From: Gammaproteobacteria bacterium
GTDB lineage: Bacteria > Pseudomonadota > Gammaproteobacteria > Eutrophobiales > Eutrophobiaceae
NCBI GenBank assembly: GCA_965222155.1
Contig: CBDCTH010000012.1
Location: 1,472,001 to 1,536,000, forward strand
Reading direction: 5' to 3'
DNA length: 64,000 nucleotides
Below are positions 9,662-21,600 of the stretch, piece after piece. A program made the translations under genes and the position numbers. Within the stretch, counting starts at the first letter, position 1; each line of letters opens with the position of its first letter. The notes beneath the pieces are model-generated. The model searched no databases. It saw only the letters and a list, made by a program, of their open reading frames with translations, and was not told the origin of the DNA.

Positions 9662-12600
9662 CTACCAGTTCGCCGTACTCTGTAGCATGATGCCGTGGTC
9701 GCCGCCCGCGGTTCCCTCCCGGCGCGTGCCCTCCAGGTCGACGCTGAACGACGGGCCGACCTCCAGGCGTGTGCCCAGACGGTAGCGGCGCTCCCCGCCG
9801 CCGGACAGCGCCAGGCCGCCATAGGGCGTCAGCACCCCGCGTCCGGCTACTGCCCCCAGCCCGTAGCCGACCTCCGCGTCAAACCGCGTCGGCGTGCTCA
9901 TCCGATTGTCGTTCACCCCTGCCGTACCGTCCGCCCAGAGCCGTTCCAGCCCGCTGTCCACCGCCCCCCAGGACGGTCTCAGGCTGAACGACAGCCCCTG
10001 GCCGTCCGCGCCGGGGTCGAGCGTCACCTGGCCGCCCACGCCCCATTCCTCCAGGGCGCTCTGGTGCGCCAGCAGTACCCGACCGTGCACCTCGCCCGTC
10101 AGTCCCCGCGCCGGGTCGGCCCAGCGCAGCCCAGCGCCGACCTCCACGCCGTGACCGGTCTCGCCGTCACCGCCGTCATGACGCAACCCCAACTCCAACG
10201 CTGGCGTCAGGGTGGCCCCCGATGCCAACCGGTAGGCCTGCTCACCCTCAAGACTCAGACGCAAGCGGTGGCTGTTCACCGTCAGACCCGCTATCCGGTC
10301 GCCATTGTCCGCCACCTCAAAGTGGGCCAGCCACGCCTCGCTCTTCAACGCCAGTGAGGTCGTCCCGCCGTCGCCGGCAGCGTCCCCCGAGAACAGCGCC
10401 ACCCGAGCGCCCAGCGCCGCGCTGCGCAGCACCGCATCCGAGGACTGCCAGCCCGCCTCCTCGTCATCCACCCCGACCGCCCCGCGCCCGTAGCCGACCG
10501 TTCCCCACAGCCCCAGCGACTCCCCGGGCCACCAGCCCACGTAGGGGTGAAGGCTGGTCATCCGGGTGGTATGCCGCCCGGCCAGCGCCCGGTACTCGGG
10601 CGCCCGGCCTGCTGCCGCCCGGCTGCCTGCCCCTGCCTTGTCAGCACCTGCCCCTGCTTTATCGGCGCCTGCCGGCCGGTCAGGCAGGCCACTGTCGGTC
10701 CAGTCGAACGACCCGCGCGACCAGGCCAGCGTCACACCCGTCAGCAGGTCGTCACGCCACGTCCCGTCAACCCCCACCCGCGCAGCCATCACGTCACCCC
10801 CGAACTCTACCGGGGCCGCCTCACCATCGACCGAGAGCACGCGCCAGTCGCCCTCACCCCACAGCGTCACCCCGCCCGAAGATGGCGCGGGCGGCGCGCC
10901 ATCCCCCCTGGCGCCAGCCTCCCCAGCCTTATCCCCCAGCCTGAACAGGAAGGAGGAGCCCGCCAGGACCTGCTTCCAGTCCATGTTCCCCGCGTTCAGC
11001 GACTCCTCATTGGCCTTCAGCGTCTGGACGATAGCCAGCAGGTGGTCAGCGACCGCGTCCCCCTCCCGCCTGACCGACGTATGGGGGTTCGCATCCTTGA
11101 TGCGGCGCGCCACGTCCTCCACCACCCCGGCGACCAGCGCCCGCGAGAACGCCGGCAGCAGCGCCGCATTGACACGGCTAAGACGCGCCCGCGCCACCGC
11201 CTGTTCCTCATCCATGACCGTCACCGTCACCTCAGCCCCGGCATCCAGCCCCCCGCTGTCGGTGGCGCGGACGCGCAGTGCATAGCGGTTGGCTTCGCTC
11301 TCATGGTCCTCGCCGGCGCCGGTATAGGTGATGATCCCGCTCACCGCATCGATTGCAAACAGACCCCCAGCGCCCCGGGAGAGGGCGTAGGTGAGGGTGT
11401 CACCCGCATCCTGGTCCGTGGCCCGCACGGCGCCCAGTGCCACCGGGCCGAGCCGGTTCTCCGCCAACTCGAAGGCGTAGTGTCCCTGCTCGAAGGCCGG
11501 TGCCTCGTTAACGTCAGTCAGCGTCAGGGTCTGCTCAGCGCCGGTGAAGCTCAAGCCGCCACTGTCGGTGGTGGTGATACGGAAGCGGTAACTCATCCTC
11601 GTCTCGTAATCCAGCGCGGCGCCCTGCCTCAGGTACAGCACGCCAGCGTCCGTTTCAAAGGTTACCCCAGCGCTGACGCTGAACACGTGATGGTCGCCCA
11701 CGTCCACGTCGATGGCCGACAGCTCGGCCACCTGCACCCGCCCGGCACGGGTGTCGACGTCCTCGGCCATAACGCCGTCCGCCGCCGGGGCGACCCAATC
11801 GACCACCACGCCGGTCGGCCCCTCGTTAACGTCGGTCAGCGTCAGGGTCTGCTCAGCGCCAGTGAAGCTCAAGCCGCCACTGTCAGTAGTGGTGATACGG
11901 AAGCGGTAACTCGTCCTCGTCTCGTAATCAAACGCCGCGCCTTGCTTCAGGTACAGCGCAGCGCCATCCGTTTCAAAGGTTACCCCAGCGCTGACGCTGA
12001 ACACGTGATGGTCGCCCACGTCCACGTCGATGGCCGACAGCTCGGCCACCTGCACCCGCCCGGCACGGGTGTCGACGTCCTCGGCCATAACGCCGTCCGC
12101 CGCCGGGGCGACCCAATCGACCACCACGCCGGTCGGCCCCTCGTTAACGTCGGTCAGCGTCAGGGTCTGCTCAGCGCCGGTGAAACTCAAGCCGCCACTG
12201 TCGGTAGTGGTAATACGGAAGCGGTAACTCGTCCTCGTCTCGTAATCAAACGCCGCGCCTTGCTTCAGGTACAGCGCAGCGCCATCCGTTTCAAAGGTTA
12301 CCCCAGCGCTGACGCTGAACACGTGATGGTCGCCCACGTCCACGTCGATGGCCGACAGCTCGGCCACCTTCACCCGCCCGGCACGGGTGTCGACGTCCTC
12401 GGCCATGACGCCGTCCAGCGCCGGGGCGACCCAATCGACCACCACGCCGGTCGGCCCCTCGTTAACGTCGGTCAGCGTCAGGGTCTGCTCAGCGCCGGTG
12501 AAACTCAAGCCGCCACTGTCGGTAGTGGTAATACGGAAGCGGTAACTCGTCCTCGTCTCGTAATCAAACGCCGCGCCTTGCTTCAGGTACAGCGCAGCGC

Positions 12601-15600
12601 CATCCGTTTCAAAGGTTACCCCAGCGCTGACGCTGAACACGTGATGGTCGCCCACGTCCACGTCGATGGCCGACAGCTCGGCCACCTGCACCCGCCCGGC
12701 ACGGGTGTCGACGTCCTCGGCCATAACGCCGTCCGCCGCCGGGGCGACCCAATCGACCACCACGCCGGTCGGCCCCTCGTTAACGTCGGTCAGCGTCAGG
12801 GTCTGCTCAGCGCCGGTGAAGCTCAAGCCACCACTGTCGGTAGTGGTGATACGGAAGCGGTAGCTCGCCGCCGTCTCGTAATCCAGCGCCGCGCCTTGCT
12901 TCAGGTACAGCGCAGCACCGTCCGTTTCAAAGGTGACCCCAGCGCTGACGCTGAACACGTGACGGTCACCCACGTCCACGTCGATGGCCGACAGATCGGC
13001 TACCTTCACCCGCCCGGCACGGGTGTCGACGTCCTCGGCCATGACGCCGTCCAGCGCCGGGGCGACCCAATCGACCACCACGCCGGTCGGCCCCTCGTTA
13101 ACGTCGGTCAGCGTCAGGGTCTGCTCAGCGCCGGTGAAGCTCAAGCCGCCACTGTCGGTAGTGGTGATACGGAAGCGGTAGCTCGCCGCCGTCTCGTAAT
13201 CCAGCGCGGCGCCTTGCTTCAGGTACAGCGCAGCGCCGTCCGTTTCAAAGGTGACCCCAGCGCTGACGCTGAATGCGTGATGGTCGCCCACGTCCACGTC
13301 GATGGCCGACAGCTCGGCCACCTGCACCCGCCCGGCACTGACATCGACGTCCTCGGCCATAACGCCGTCCTCCGCCGGGACGACCCAATCGACCACCACG
13401 CCGGTCGGCCCCTCGTTGACATTGGTCAGCGTCAGCGTCAAGCCGGCGCGGGTCACGCTCAAGCCGCCACTGTCGGTGGCAGTGATGCTGAAGCGGTAGC
13501 TCGCCGCCGTCTCATAATCCAGCGCCGTACCCTGCTTCAGGTACAGCACAGTACCGTCCACCTCCAGGGCCGCTGTGCCGCTCAGCGCGAAGCGGTGGCG
13601 GTCGCCCGCATCCGCATCGATGGCCGACAGCTCGGCGAGCTTCACCCGCCCGGCGCCGGCGTCCACGTCCTCGGCGATGACGCCGTCCAGCGCCGGGACG
13701 ACCCAATCGACGACGACGCGACTCGGCGCGCTGTTGACGGGTTCGACCGGCTTGACCACCACCGGCGCGGCGGCCAGCACCGTGACTTTGGCCGTGTCAA
13801 ACCGAACATCGTCGTTCACGATGTTGCCTACCGTGAGCGTGTAGGTGGTCTCCTCGGTGGGGTGGACCCTGAGCTCGCTGGTACCGGGGTCGACCTCCTC
13901 GCCGATGTCCTCCCCCAGTTCACCACCGGTGACAGTCTGCTGATACACCTCGCCACCGGAAAGCGCCCACCTCAAGGTAAACGAACCATCCTCGTTCTCC
14001 TCCGCCCGGAAGTTATCGATCCCCGGTGCGGCCAGTGGCGGGACCTCCGGGACGTTGCGCCGTGCCCGGGACCTGACCACGCTGGTCGGACCGCGGTTGC
14101 CGGCGCGGTCGGTGGCGGCCCCCTGCTCCACCTCCACCGCCAGGTCGCCGCTGTCCCCGGTCGGCGTGAACACGCCACGGTAGACCTTGCCGCCCTGACT
14201 CGAGATCAACGCCGCCGGCTTGCTGCCCCCGGTCACCGTGACATCGGACAGGTCGAACCCCGTCACGACCTCGGTGAAGGTGAACTCCACCGTCACGTCC
14301 GGGTTCGCGTTGTCGAAGGTCTCCGGTTTGATGCCGATGGACACCTCCGGGGGCGTCGCATCCCAGACCGCCGTCCGGTTAACCGCCGCGGCCGGGCCGG
14401 GATTGCCCGCCAGGTCCTCTGCACTGTTCACCTGAACGGTGATCGTCACATCGCCGCTACCGTCCGGCGTCACCGCAACGTTGAATACCAGCCCCGGCGT
14501 TGTCGTCGCCCATCCGCTCAGTCTGGCGTTGCTCACCGACACATCATCAATGATGAAGCCTGTCACCGCCTCGTTGAACGTCAATGTCACCGTGAACGCG
14601 TCCGTGTCGTTGATATAGGCCGGTACGCCGGTCAGCGTCAGCGTCGGCGCCGCGGTGTCCACCGTGCCCACCGTGAAGGTGGACGTCCGGGCGCTGCCAA
14701 TCTCATTGCCGTGCGCGTCCTCCACCGTGCTCGCCCGCAGCGTCACCGTGTACTGACTCCCCGTCTCCAGCGGGTTGGCCGGGTCCATGGTGATGACGGT
14801 CTTGTCGTTGTTGATCCTCACCTGCCCCGTGCCCGCCAGGTCGGTGCCGTCGCCGTTTACCTTCTTCAACTCCACCGCCGCCGCCGCAGCCGCCGCATCC
14901 AGGGGGTCGTTGTTGGCCTGGCGCACCGGCTCGTCGAACTGCACCAGTACGTCCGTGTCCACGTCCGTTACCACGTCACCGTCGGCCGGGACGAACGTCA
15001 CCGTCGGCGCCGCCGCATCCACCGTGAAGGTGGCGCTGGCCGCGACCACAGCATTGTCCGCCACGTCCTCCACCGTGTTCGCCAGTACCTTGACCGTGTA
15101 ACTGCCCGCCGCCAAGTCACCGTCCGGGGTGATGGTGATGATCTTGTTGGCGGCGTCAATGGCCACCCGGCTGGCCACCGCCAGGTCAGCGCCCGCGTTG
15201 TCCTTCTTCAGCTCCACCACGGTATGCGCGTTGTCGTCGTGACGGGGTCATCGCTAGCAGGCGTATCACCTCGGTGAAGGTCGCGGTGACGCTGACGGCC
15301 GGCCCCGCGGTGTCCCCGTGCGCCGGTGAGAACGTCACCGTCGGCGCCGCCGCATCCACCGTGAAGGTGGCGCTGGCCGCGACCACAGCATTGTCCGCCA
15401 CGTCCTCCACCGTGTTCGCCAGTACCTTGACCGTGTAACTGCCCGCCGCCAAGTCACCGTCCGGGGTGATGGTGATGATCTTGTTGGCGGCGTCAATGGC
15501 CACCCGGCCGGCCACCGCCAGGTCAGCGCCCGCGTTGTCCCTCTTCAGCTCCACCACGGTATGCGCGTTGTCGTTCGTGACGGGGGCATCGCTACGCAGG

Positions 15601-18600
15601 CGTATCACCTCGGTGAAGGTCGCGGTGACGCTGACGGCCGGCCCCGCGGTGGCGCCGTGCACCGGCGCGAAGATCACCGTCGGCACGGACGCGTCCACCG
15701 TGAAGGTGGCGCTGGCCGCGGCCACGGCATTGCCGTAGGCATCCTCCACCGTGCTCCCCAGCACCTTGACCGTGTAGCTGCCCGCCGCCAAGTCACCGTC
15801 CGGGTCGATGGTGATGACCTTGTTGTCGGCGTCAATGGCCACCCGGTTGGCCACCGCCAGGTCAGCGCCCGTGCCGTCGGACTTCTTCAGCTCCACCGTC
15901 AGGTGCGCGTTGGTGTCCGTGATATCGCCGTTGTCCAGGTTGCGCACCGCCTCGGTGAAGGTCACCGTCACATTGGTGGCCGGCCCCGCGGTGGCGCCGT
16001 GCACCGGCGCGAAGGTCACCGTCGGCGCCGTCGTGTCCACCGTGAACACCGCACTGGCCGCGGCCACCGCGTTGCCCGCCATGTCCGCCACCGTGTTCGC
16101 CAACACCTTCACCGTGTAGCGGCCCGCCGCCAGCGAGTTCTGCGGGTTGATGGTGATGACGTGCCCGGCCAGGCTGACCGTGGCGTCCGTCGCCAGGTCG
16201 GGGCCCGTGCCATCCTTTCTCAACTCCACCGCGCCCGCTGCCGCGCCCGCACCGAAGACACTGCCAGCCGCCGTCTGTATTACCTCGTCGAACTCCACCA
16301 GCACATTGACGCCGGCGCCCACCGTGTCCCCGTCCGCCGGCACGAACGTTACCCCCGGCGCATCCGCATCCACCGTGAAGGTCGCCGACTGCTCGCTGTC
16401 CTGCTCGTTGCCCTGCGCATCCTCTACCGTGTTCGCCAGCAGCGTCACCGTGTAGCTGCCCGGCGCCAGTGCATTCTGCGGGTCGATGGTGATGACCCGC
16501 TTCTGGACGTCGATGCTGACCCGCCCCGCGCCCGCCAGGTCGGCGCCGGCCCCGTCTTTCTTCAACTCCACCGCCGCCACCGCGTCCACGTCCTCCAGCG
16601 GGTCGCCGTTGGCCTTGCGCACCGGCTCATTAAAGCGCACCTCCACGTCCGTGTTCACGTCGCCCACCGTGTCCCCGTCCGCCGGCACGAACGTTACCCC
16701 CGGCGCATCCGCATCCACCGTGAAGGTCGCCGACTGCTCGCTGCCCTGCTCGTTGCCCTGCGCATCCGCTACCGTGTTCGCCGGCAGCATCACCGTGTAG
16801 CTGGCGCCGCTCTCCAGCGCGTCCGCCGGGTTGATGGTGATGACCGTCTTGGCATCGTTGACCGTCACCGCCGCCGTTGTCGTCAGGTCGGTGTTGTTGC
16901 CATCGCCCACGCGCACCAGCGTCAGCGCAGCCGTGGCCGCGGCCGCAGTCAGGGCATTGCCGTCGGCCTGGCGCACCGCCTCGTCGAACTGCACCAGTAC
17001 GTTCACGTCCACGTCGCCCGTCGTCGTCCCGTCCGCCGGCGTGAACGTTACCCCCGGCGCCGCCGCATCCACCGTGAAGGTGGCGCTGGCCGTGGCCACG
17101 GCATTGTCGTAGGCGTCCTCCACCGTGCTCCCCAGCACCTTGACCGTGTAACTGCCCGCCGCCAAGTCACCGTCCGGGGCGATGGTGATGATCTTGTTGG
17201 TGGCGTCAATGGCCACCCGGTTGGCCGCCGCCAGGTCAGCGCCCGTGCCGTCCTTCTTCAGCTCCACCACGGTATGCGCGTTGTCGTCCGTGACGGGGCT
17301 GTCGCTGAGCAGGCGTATCGCCTTGGTGAAGGTCGCGGTGACTCTGACGCCCGGCCCCGCGGTGGCGCCGGTCGCCGGGCTGAACGTCACCGTCGGCGCG
17401 GTCGCATCCACCGTGAAGGTGGCGCTGGCCGTGGCCACGGCGTTGTCCGCCACGTCCTCCACCATGCTCGCCAGCACCTTGACCGTGTAGTCGCCCGCGG
17501 CCAGGTCCGCGCCCGGGTTGATGGTGATGACCGTCTTATTGATGTTGATGCTCACCTGCCCCGATCCCGCCAGGTCGGGGCCCGTGTCGTCGGACTTCTT
17601 CAGCTCCACCGCCAGGTGCGCGTTGGCGTCGTCGAGATCGGTGTCATTGAGGTTGCGGATGGCCTCGGTGAAGGTCACCGTCACATTGGTGGCCGGCCCC
17701 GCGGTGGCGCCGTGCGCCGGTGAGAACGTCACCGTCGGCGCCGCCGCATCCACCGTGAAGGTGGCGCTGGCCGCGACCACCGCATTGCCGTAGGCGTCCT
17801 CCACCCTGCTCGCCAGCACCTTGACCGTGTAGCTGCCCGCCGCCAGGTCGGCGGCCGGGTTGATGGTGATGACCTTGTTGGCGTCGTCGATGCTCACCTG
17901 CCCCGAGCCCGCCAGGTCGGGGCCCGTGCCGTCCTTCTTCAACTCCACCACCCGGTGCGCGTTGGTGTCGTCGAGATCGGTGTCATCGAGGTTGCGGATG
18001 GCCTCGGTGAAGGTGGCAGTGACGCTGACGGCCGGCCCCGCGGTGGCGCCGGTCGCCGGTGAGAACGTCACCGTCGGCGCCGCCGCATCCACCGTGAAGG
18101 TGGCGCTGGCCGCGGCCACGGCATTGCCGTAGGCATCCTCCACCGTGCTCCCCAGCACCTTGACCGTGTAGCTGCCCGCCGCCAGGTCACCGTCCGGGTC
18201 GATGGTGATGACCTTGTTGTCGGCGTCAATGGCCACCCGGTTGGCCACCGCCAGGTCAGCGCCCGTGCCGTCCTTCTTCAACTCCACCACCCGGTGCGCG
18301 TTGGTGTCGTCGAGATCGGTGTCATCGAGGTTGCGGATGGCCTCGGTGAAGGTGGCGGTGACGCTGACGGCCGGCCCCGCGGTGGCGCCGTGCGCCGGTG
18401 AGAACGTCACCGTCGGCACGGACGCGTCCACCGTGAAGGTGGCGCTGGCCGCGACCACCGCATTGCCGTAGGCGTCCTCCACCGTGTTCGCCAGCAGCTT
18501 GACCGTGTAACTCCCCGCCGCCAGGTCACCGTCCGGGGTGATGGTGATGACCGTCTTATTGTTGTTGATGCTCACCTGGTTGGCCGCCGCCAGGTCAGCG

Positions 18601-21600
18601 CCCGTATTGTCCTTCTTCAACTCCACCACCCGGTGCGCGTTGGTGTCGTCGAGATCGGTGTCATCGAGGTTGCGGATGGCCTCGGTGAAGGTGGCGGTGA
18701 CGCTGACGGCCGGCCCCGCGGTGGCGCCGTGCGCCGGTGAGAACGTCACCGTCGGCGCCGCCGCATCCACCGTGAAGGTGGCGCTGGCCGCGACCACCGC
18801 ATTGCCGTAGGCGTCCTCCACCCTGCTCGCCAGCACCTTGACCGTGTAGCTGCCCGCCGCCAGGTCGGCGGCCGGGTTGATGGTGATGACCTTGTTGGCG
18901 TCGTCGATGCTCACCTGCCCCGAGCCCGCCAGGTCGGGGCCCGTGCCGTCCTTCTTCAACTCCACCACCCGGTGCGCGTTGGTGTCGTCGAGATCGGTGT
19001 CATCGAGGTTGCGGATGGCCTCGGTGAAGGTGGCAGTGACGCTGACGGCCGGCCCCGCGGTGGCGCCGGTCGCCGGTGAGAACGTCACCGTCGGCGCCGC
19101 CGCATCCACCGTGAAGGTGGCGCTGGCCGCGGCCACCGCATTGCCGTAGGCATCCTCCACCGTGCTCCCCAGCACCTTGACCGTGTAGCTGCCCGCCGCC
19201 AGGTCACCGTCCGGGTCGATGGTGATGACCTTGTTGTCGGCGTCAATGGCCACCCGGTTGGCCACCGCCAGGTCAGCGCCCGTGCCGTCGGACTTCTTCA
19301 ACTCCACCACCCGGTGCGCGTTGGTATTGTCGAGATCGGTGTCATCGAGGTTGCGGATGGCCTCGGTGAAGGTGGCAGTGACGCTGACGGCCGGCCCCGC
19401 GGTGGCGCCGGTCGCCGGTGAGAACGTCACCGTCGGCGCCGCCGCATCCACCGTGAAGGTGGCGCTGGCCGCGACCACCGCATTGTCCGCCCCATCCTCC
19501 ACCTTGTTCGCCAGCACCTTGACCGTGTAGTCGCCCGCCGCCAGGTCGGCGGCCGGGTCGATGGTGATGACCTTGTTGGCGTCGTCGATGCTCACCTGCC
19601 CCGAACCCGCCAGGTCAGCGCCCGTGCCGTCGGATTTCTTCAGCTCCACCGTCAGGTGCGCGTTGGTGTCCGTGATATCGCCGTTGTCCAGGTTGCGCAC
19701 CGCCTCGGTGAAGGTCACCGTCACATTGGTGGCCGGCCCCGCGGTGGCGTCATGCGCCGGCGCGAAGGTCACCGTCGGCGCCGCCGCATCCACCGTGAAG
19801 GTGGCGCTGGCCGCGACCACCGCATTGTCCGCCCCATCCTCCACCTTGTTCGCCAGCACCTTGACCGTGTAGTCGCCCGCCGCCAGGTCGGCGGCCGGGT
19901 CGATGGTGATGACCTTGTTGGCGTCGTCGATGCTCACCTGCCCCGAACCCGCCAGGTCAGCGCCCGTGCCGTCGGATTTCTTCAGCTCCACCGTCAGGTG
20001 CGCGTTGGTGTCCGTGATATCGCCGTTGTCCAGGTTGCGCACCGCCTCGGTGAAGGTCACCGTCACATTGGTGGCCGGCCCCGCGGTGGCGTCATGCGCC
20101 GGCGCGAAGGTCACCGTCGGCGCCGTCGTGTCCACCGTGAACACCGCACTGGCCGCGGCCACCGCGTTGCCCGCCATGTCCGCCACCGTGTTCGCCAACA
20201 CCTTCACCGTGTAGCGGCCCGCCGCCAGCGAGTTCTGCGGGTTGATGGTGATGACGTGCCCGGCCAGGCTGACCGTGGCGTCCGTCGATGACCCGTGCCA
20301 TCCTTTCTCAACTCCACCGCGCCCGCTGCCGCGCCCGCACCGAAGACACTGCCAGCCGCCGTCTGTATTACCTCGTCGAACTCCACCAGCACATTGACGC
20401 CGGCGCCCACCGTGTCCCCGTCCGCCGGCACGAACGTTACCCCCGGCGCATCCGCATCCACCGTGAAGGTCGCCGACTGCTCGCTGTCCTGCTCGTTGCC
20501 CTGCGCATCCTCTACCGTGTTCACCGGCAGCGTCACCGTGTAGCGGGCGCCGCTCACCAGCGCCGCCGCCGGGTTGATGGTGATGACCGTCTTGGCCGGG
20601 TTGACCGTCACCAGCGCCGCCGCCGTCAGGTCGGTGTTGCTGCCATCGCCCACGCGCACCAGCGTCAGCGCGGCCGTGGCCGCGGCCACAGTCAGGGCAT
20701 TGCCGTCGGCCTGGCGCACCGGCTCGTCGAACTGCACCAGTACGTCCGTGTCCACGTTGCCGGTCTTGGTCCCATGCGCCGGGACGAACGTCACCGTGGG
20801 CGCGGCCGTGTCCACCGTGAAGGTCGCCGACTGCTCGGCGCCCTGCTCGTTGCCCTGCTCGTCCTCTACCGTGTTCACCGGCAGCGTCACCGTGTAGCGG
20901 GCGCCGCTCACCAGCGCCGCCGCCGGGTTGATGGTGATGACCGTCTTGGCCGGGTTGACCGTCACCAGCGCCGCCGCCGTCAGGTCGGTGTTGCCGCCAT
21001 CGCCCACGCGCACCAGCGTCAGCGCGGCCGTGGCCGCGGCCACAGTCAGGGTTGCCGTCGGCCTGGCGCACCGCCTCGTCGAACTGCACCAGTACGTCCG
21101 TGTCCACGTTGCCGGTCTTGGTCCCATGCGCCGGGACGAACGTCACCGTGGGCGCGGCCGTGTCCACCGTGAAGGTCGCCGACTGGCTCGCGCCCTGCTC
21201 GTTGCCCTGCTCGTCCTCCACCGTGTTCGCCGGCAGCGTCACCGTGTAGCGGGCGCCGCTCACCAGCGCGGCCGCCGGGTTGATGGTGATGACCGTCTTG
21301 GCCGGGTTGACCGTCACCAGCGCCGCCGCCGTCAGGTCGGTGTTGCTGCCATCGCCCACGCGCACCAGCGTCAGCGCGGCCGTGGCCGCGGCCACAGTCA
21401 GGGATTGCCGTCGGCCTGGCGCACCGCCTCGTCGAACTGCACCAGTACGTCCGTGTCCACGTTGCCGTCTTGGTCCCATGCGCCGGGACGAACGTCACCG
21501 TGGGCGCGGCCGTGTCCACCGTGAAGGTCGCCGACTGCTCGGCGCCCTGCTCGTTGCCCTGCTCGTCCTCTACCGTGTTCGCCGGCAGCGTCACCGTGTA

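Noticed and set aside
10547-15277. 1576-aa + strand ORF and other long antisense ORFs over the adhesin (15561-17723, 21986-23683)
   Set aside because: Shadow frames of a GC-rich repetitive gene; Arg/His/Val-rich with no recognisable motifs
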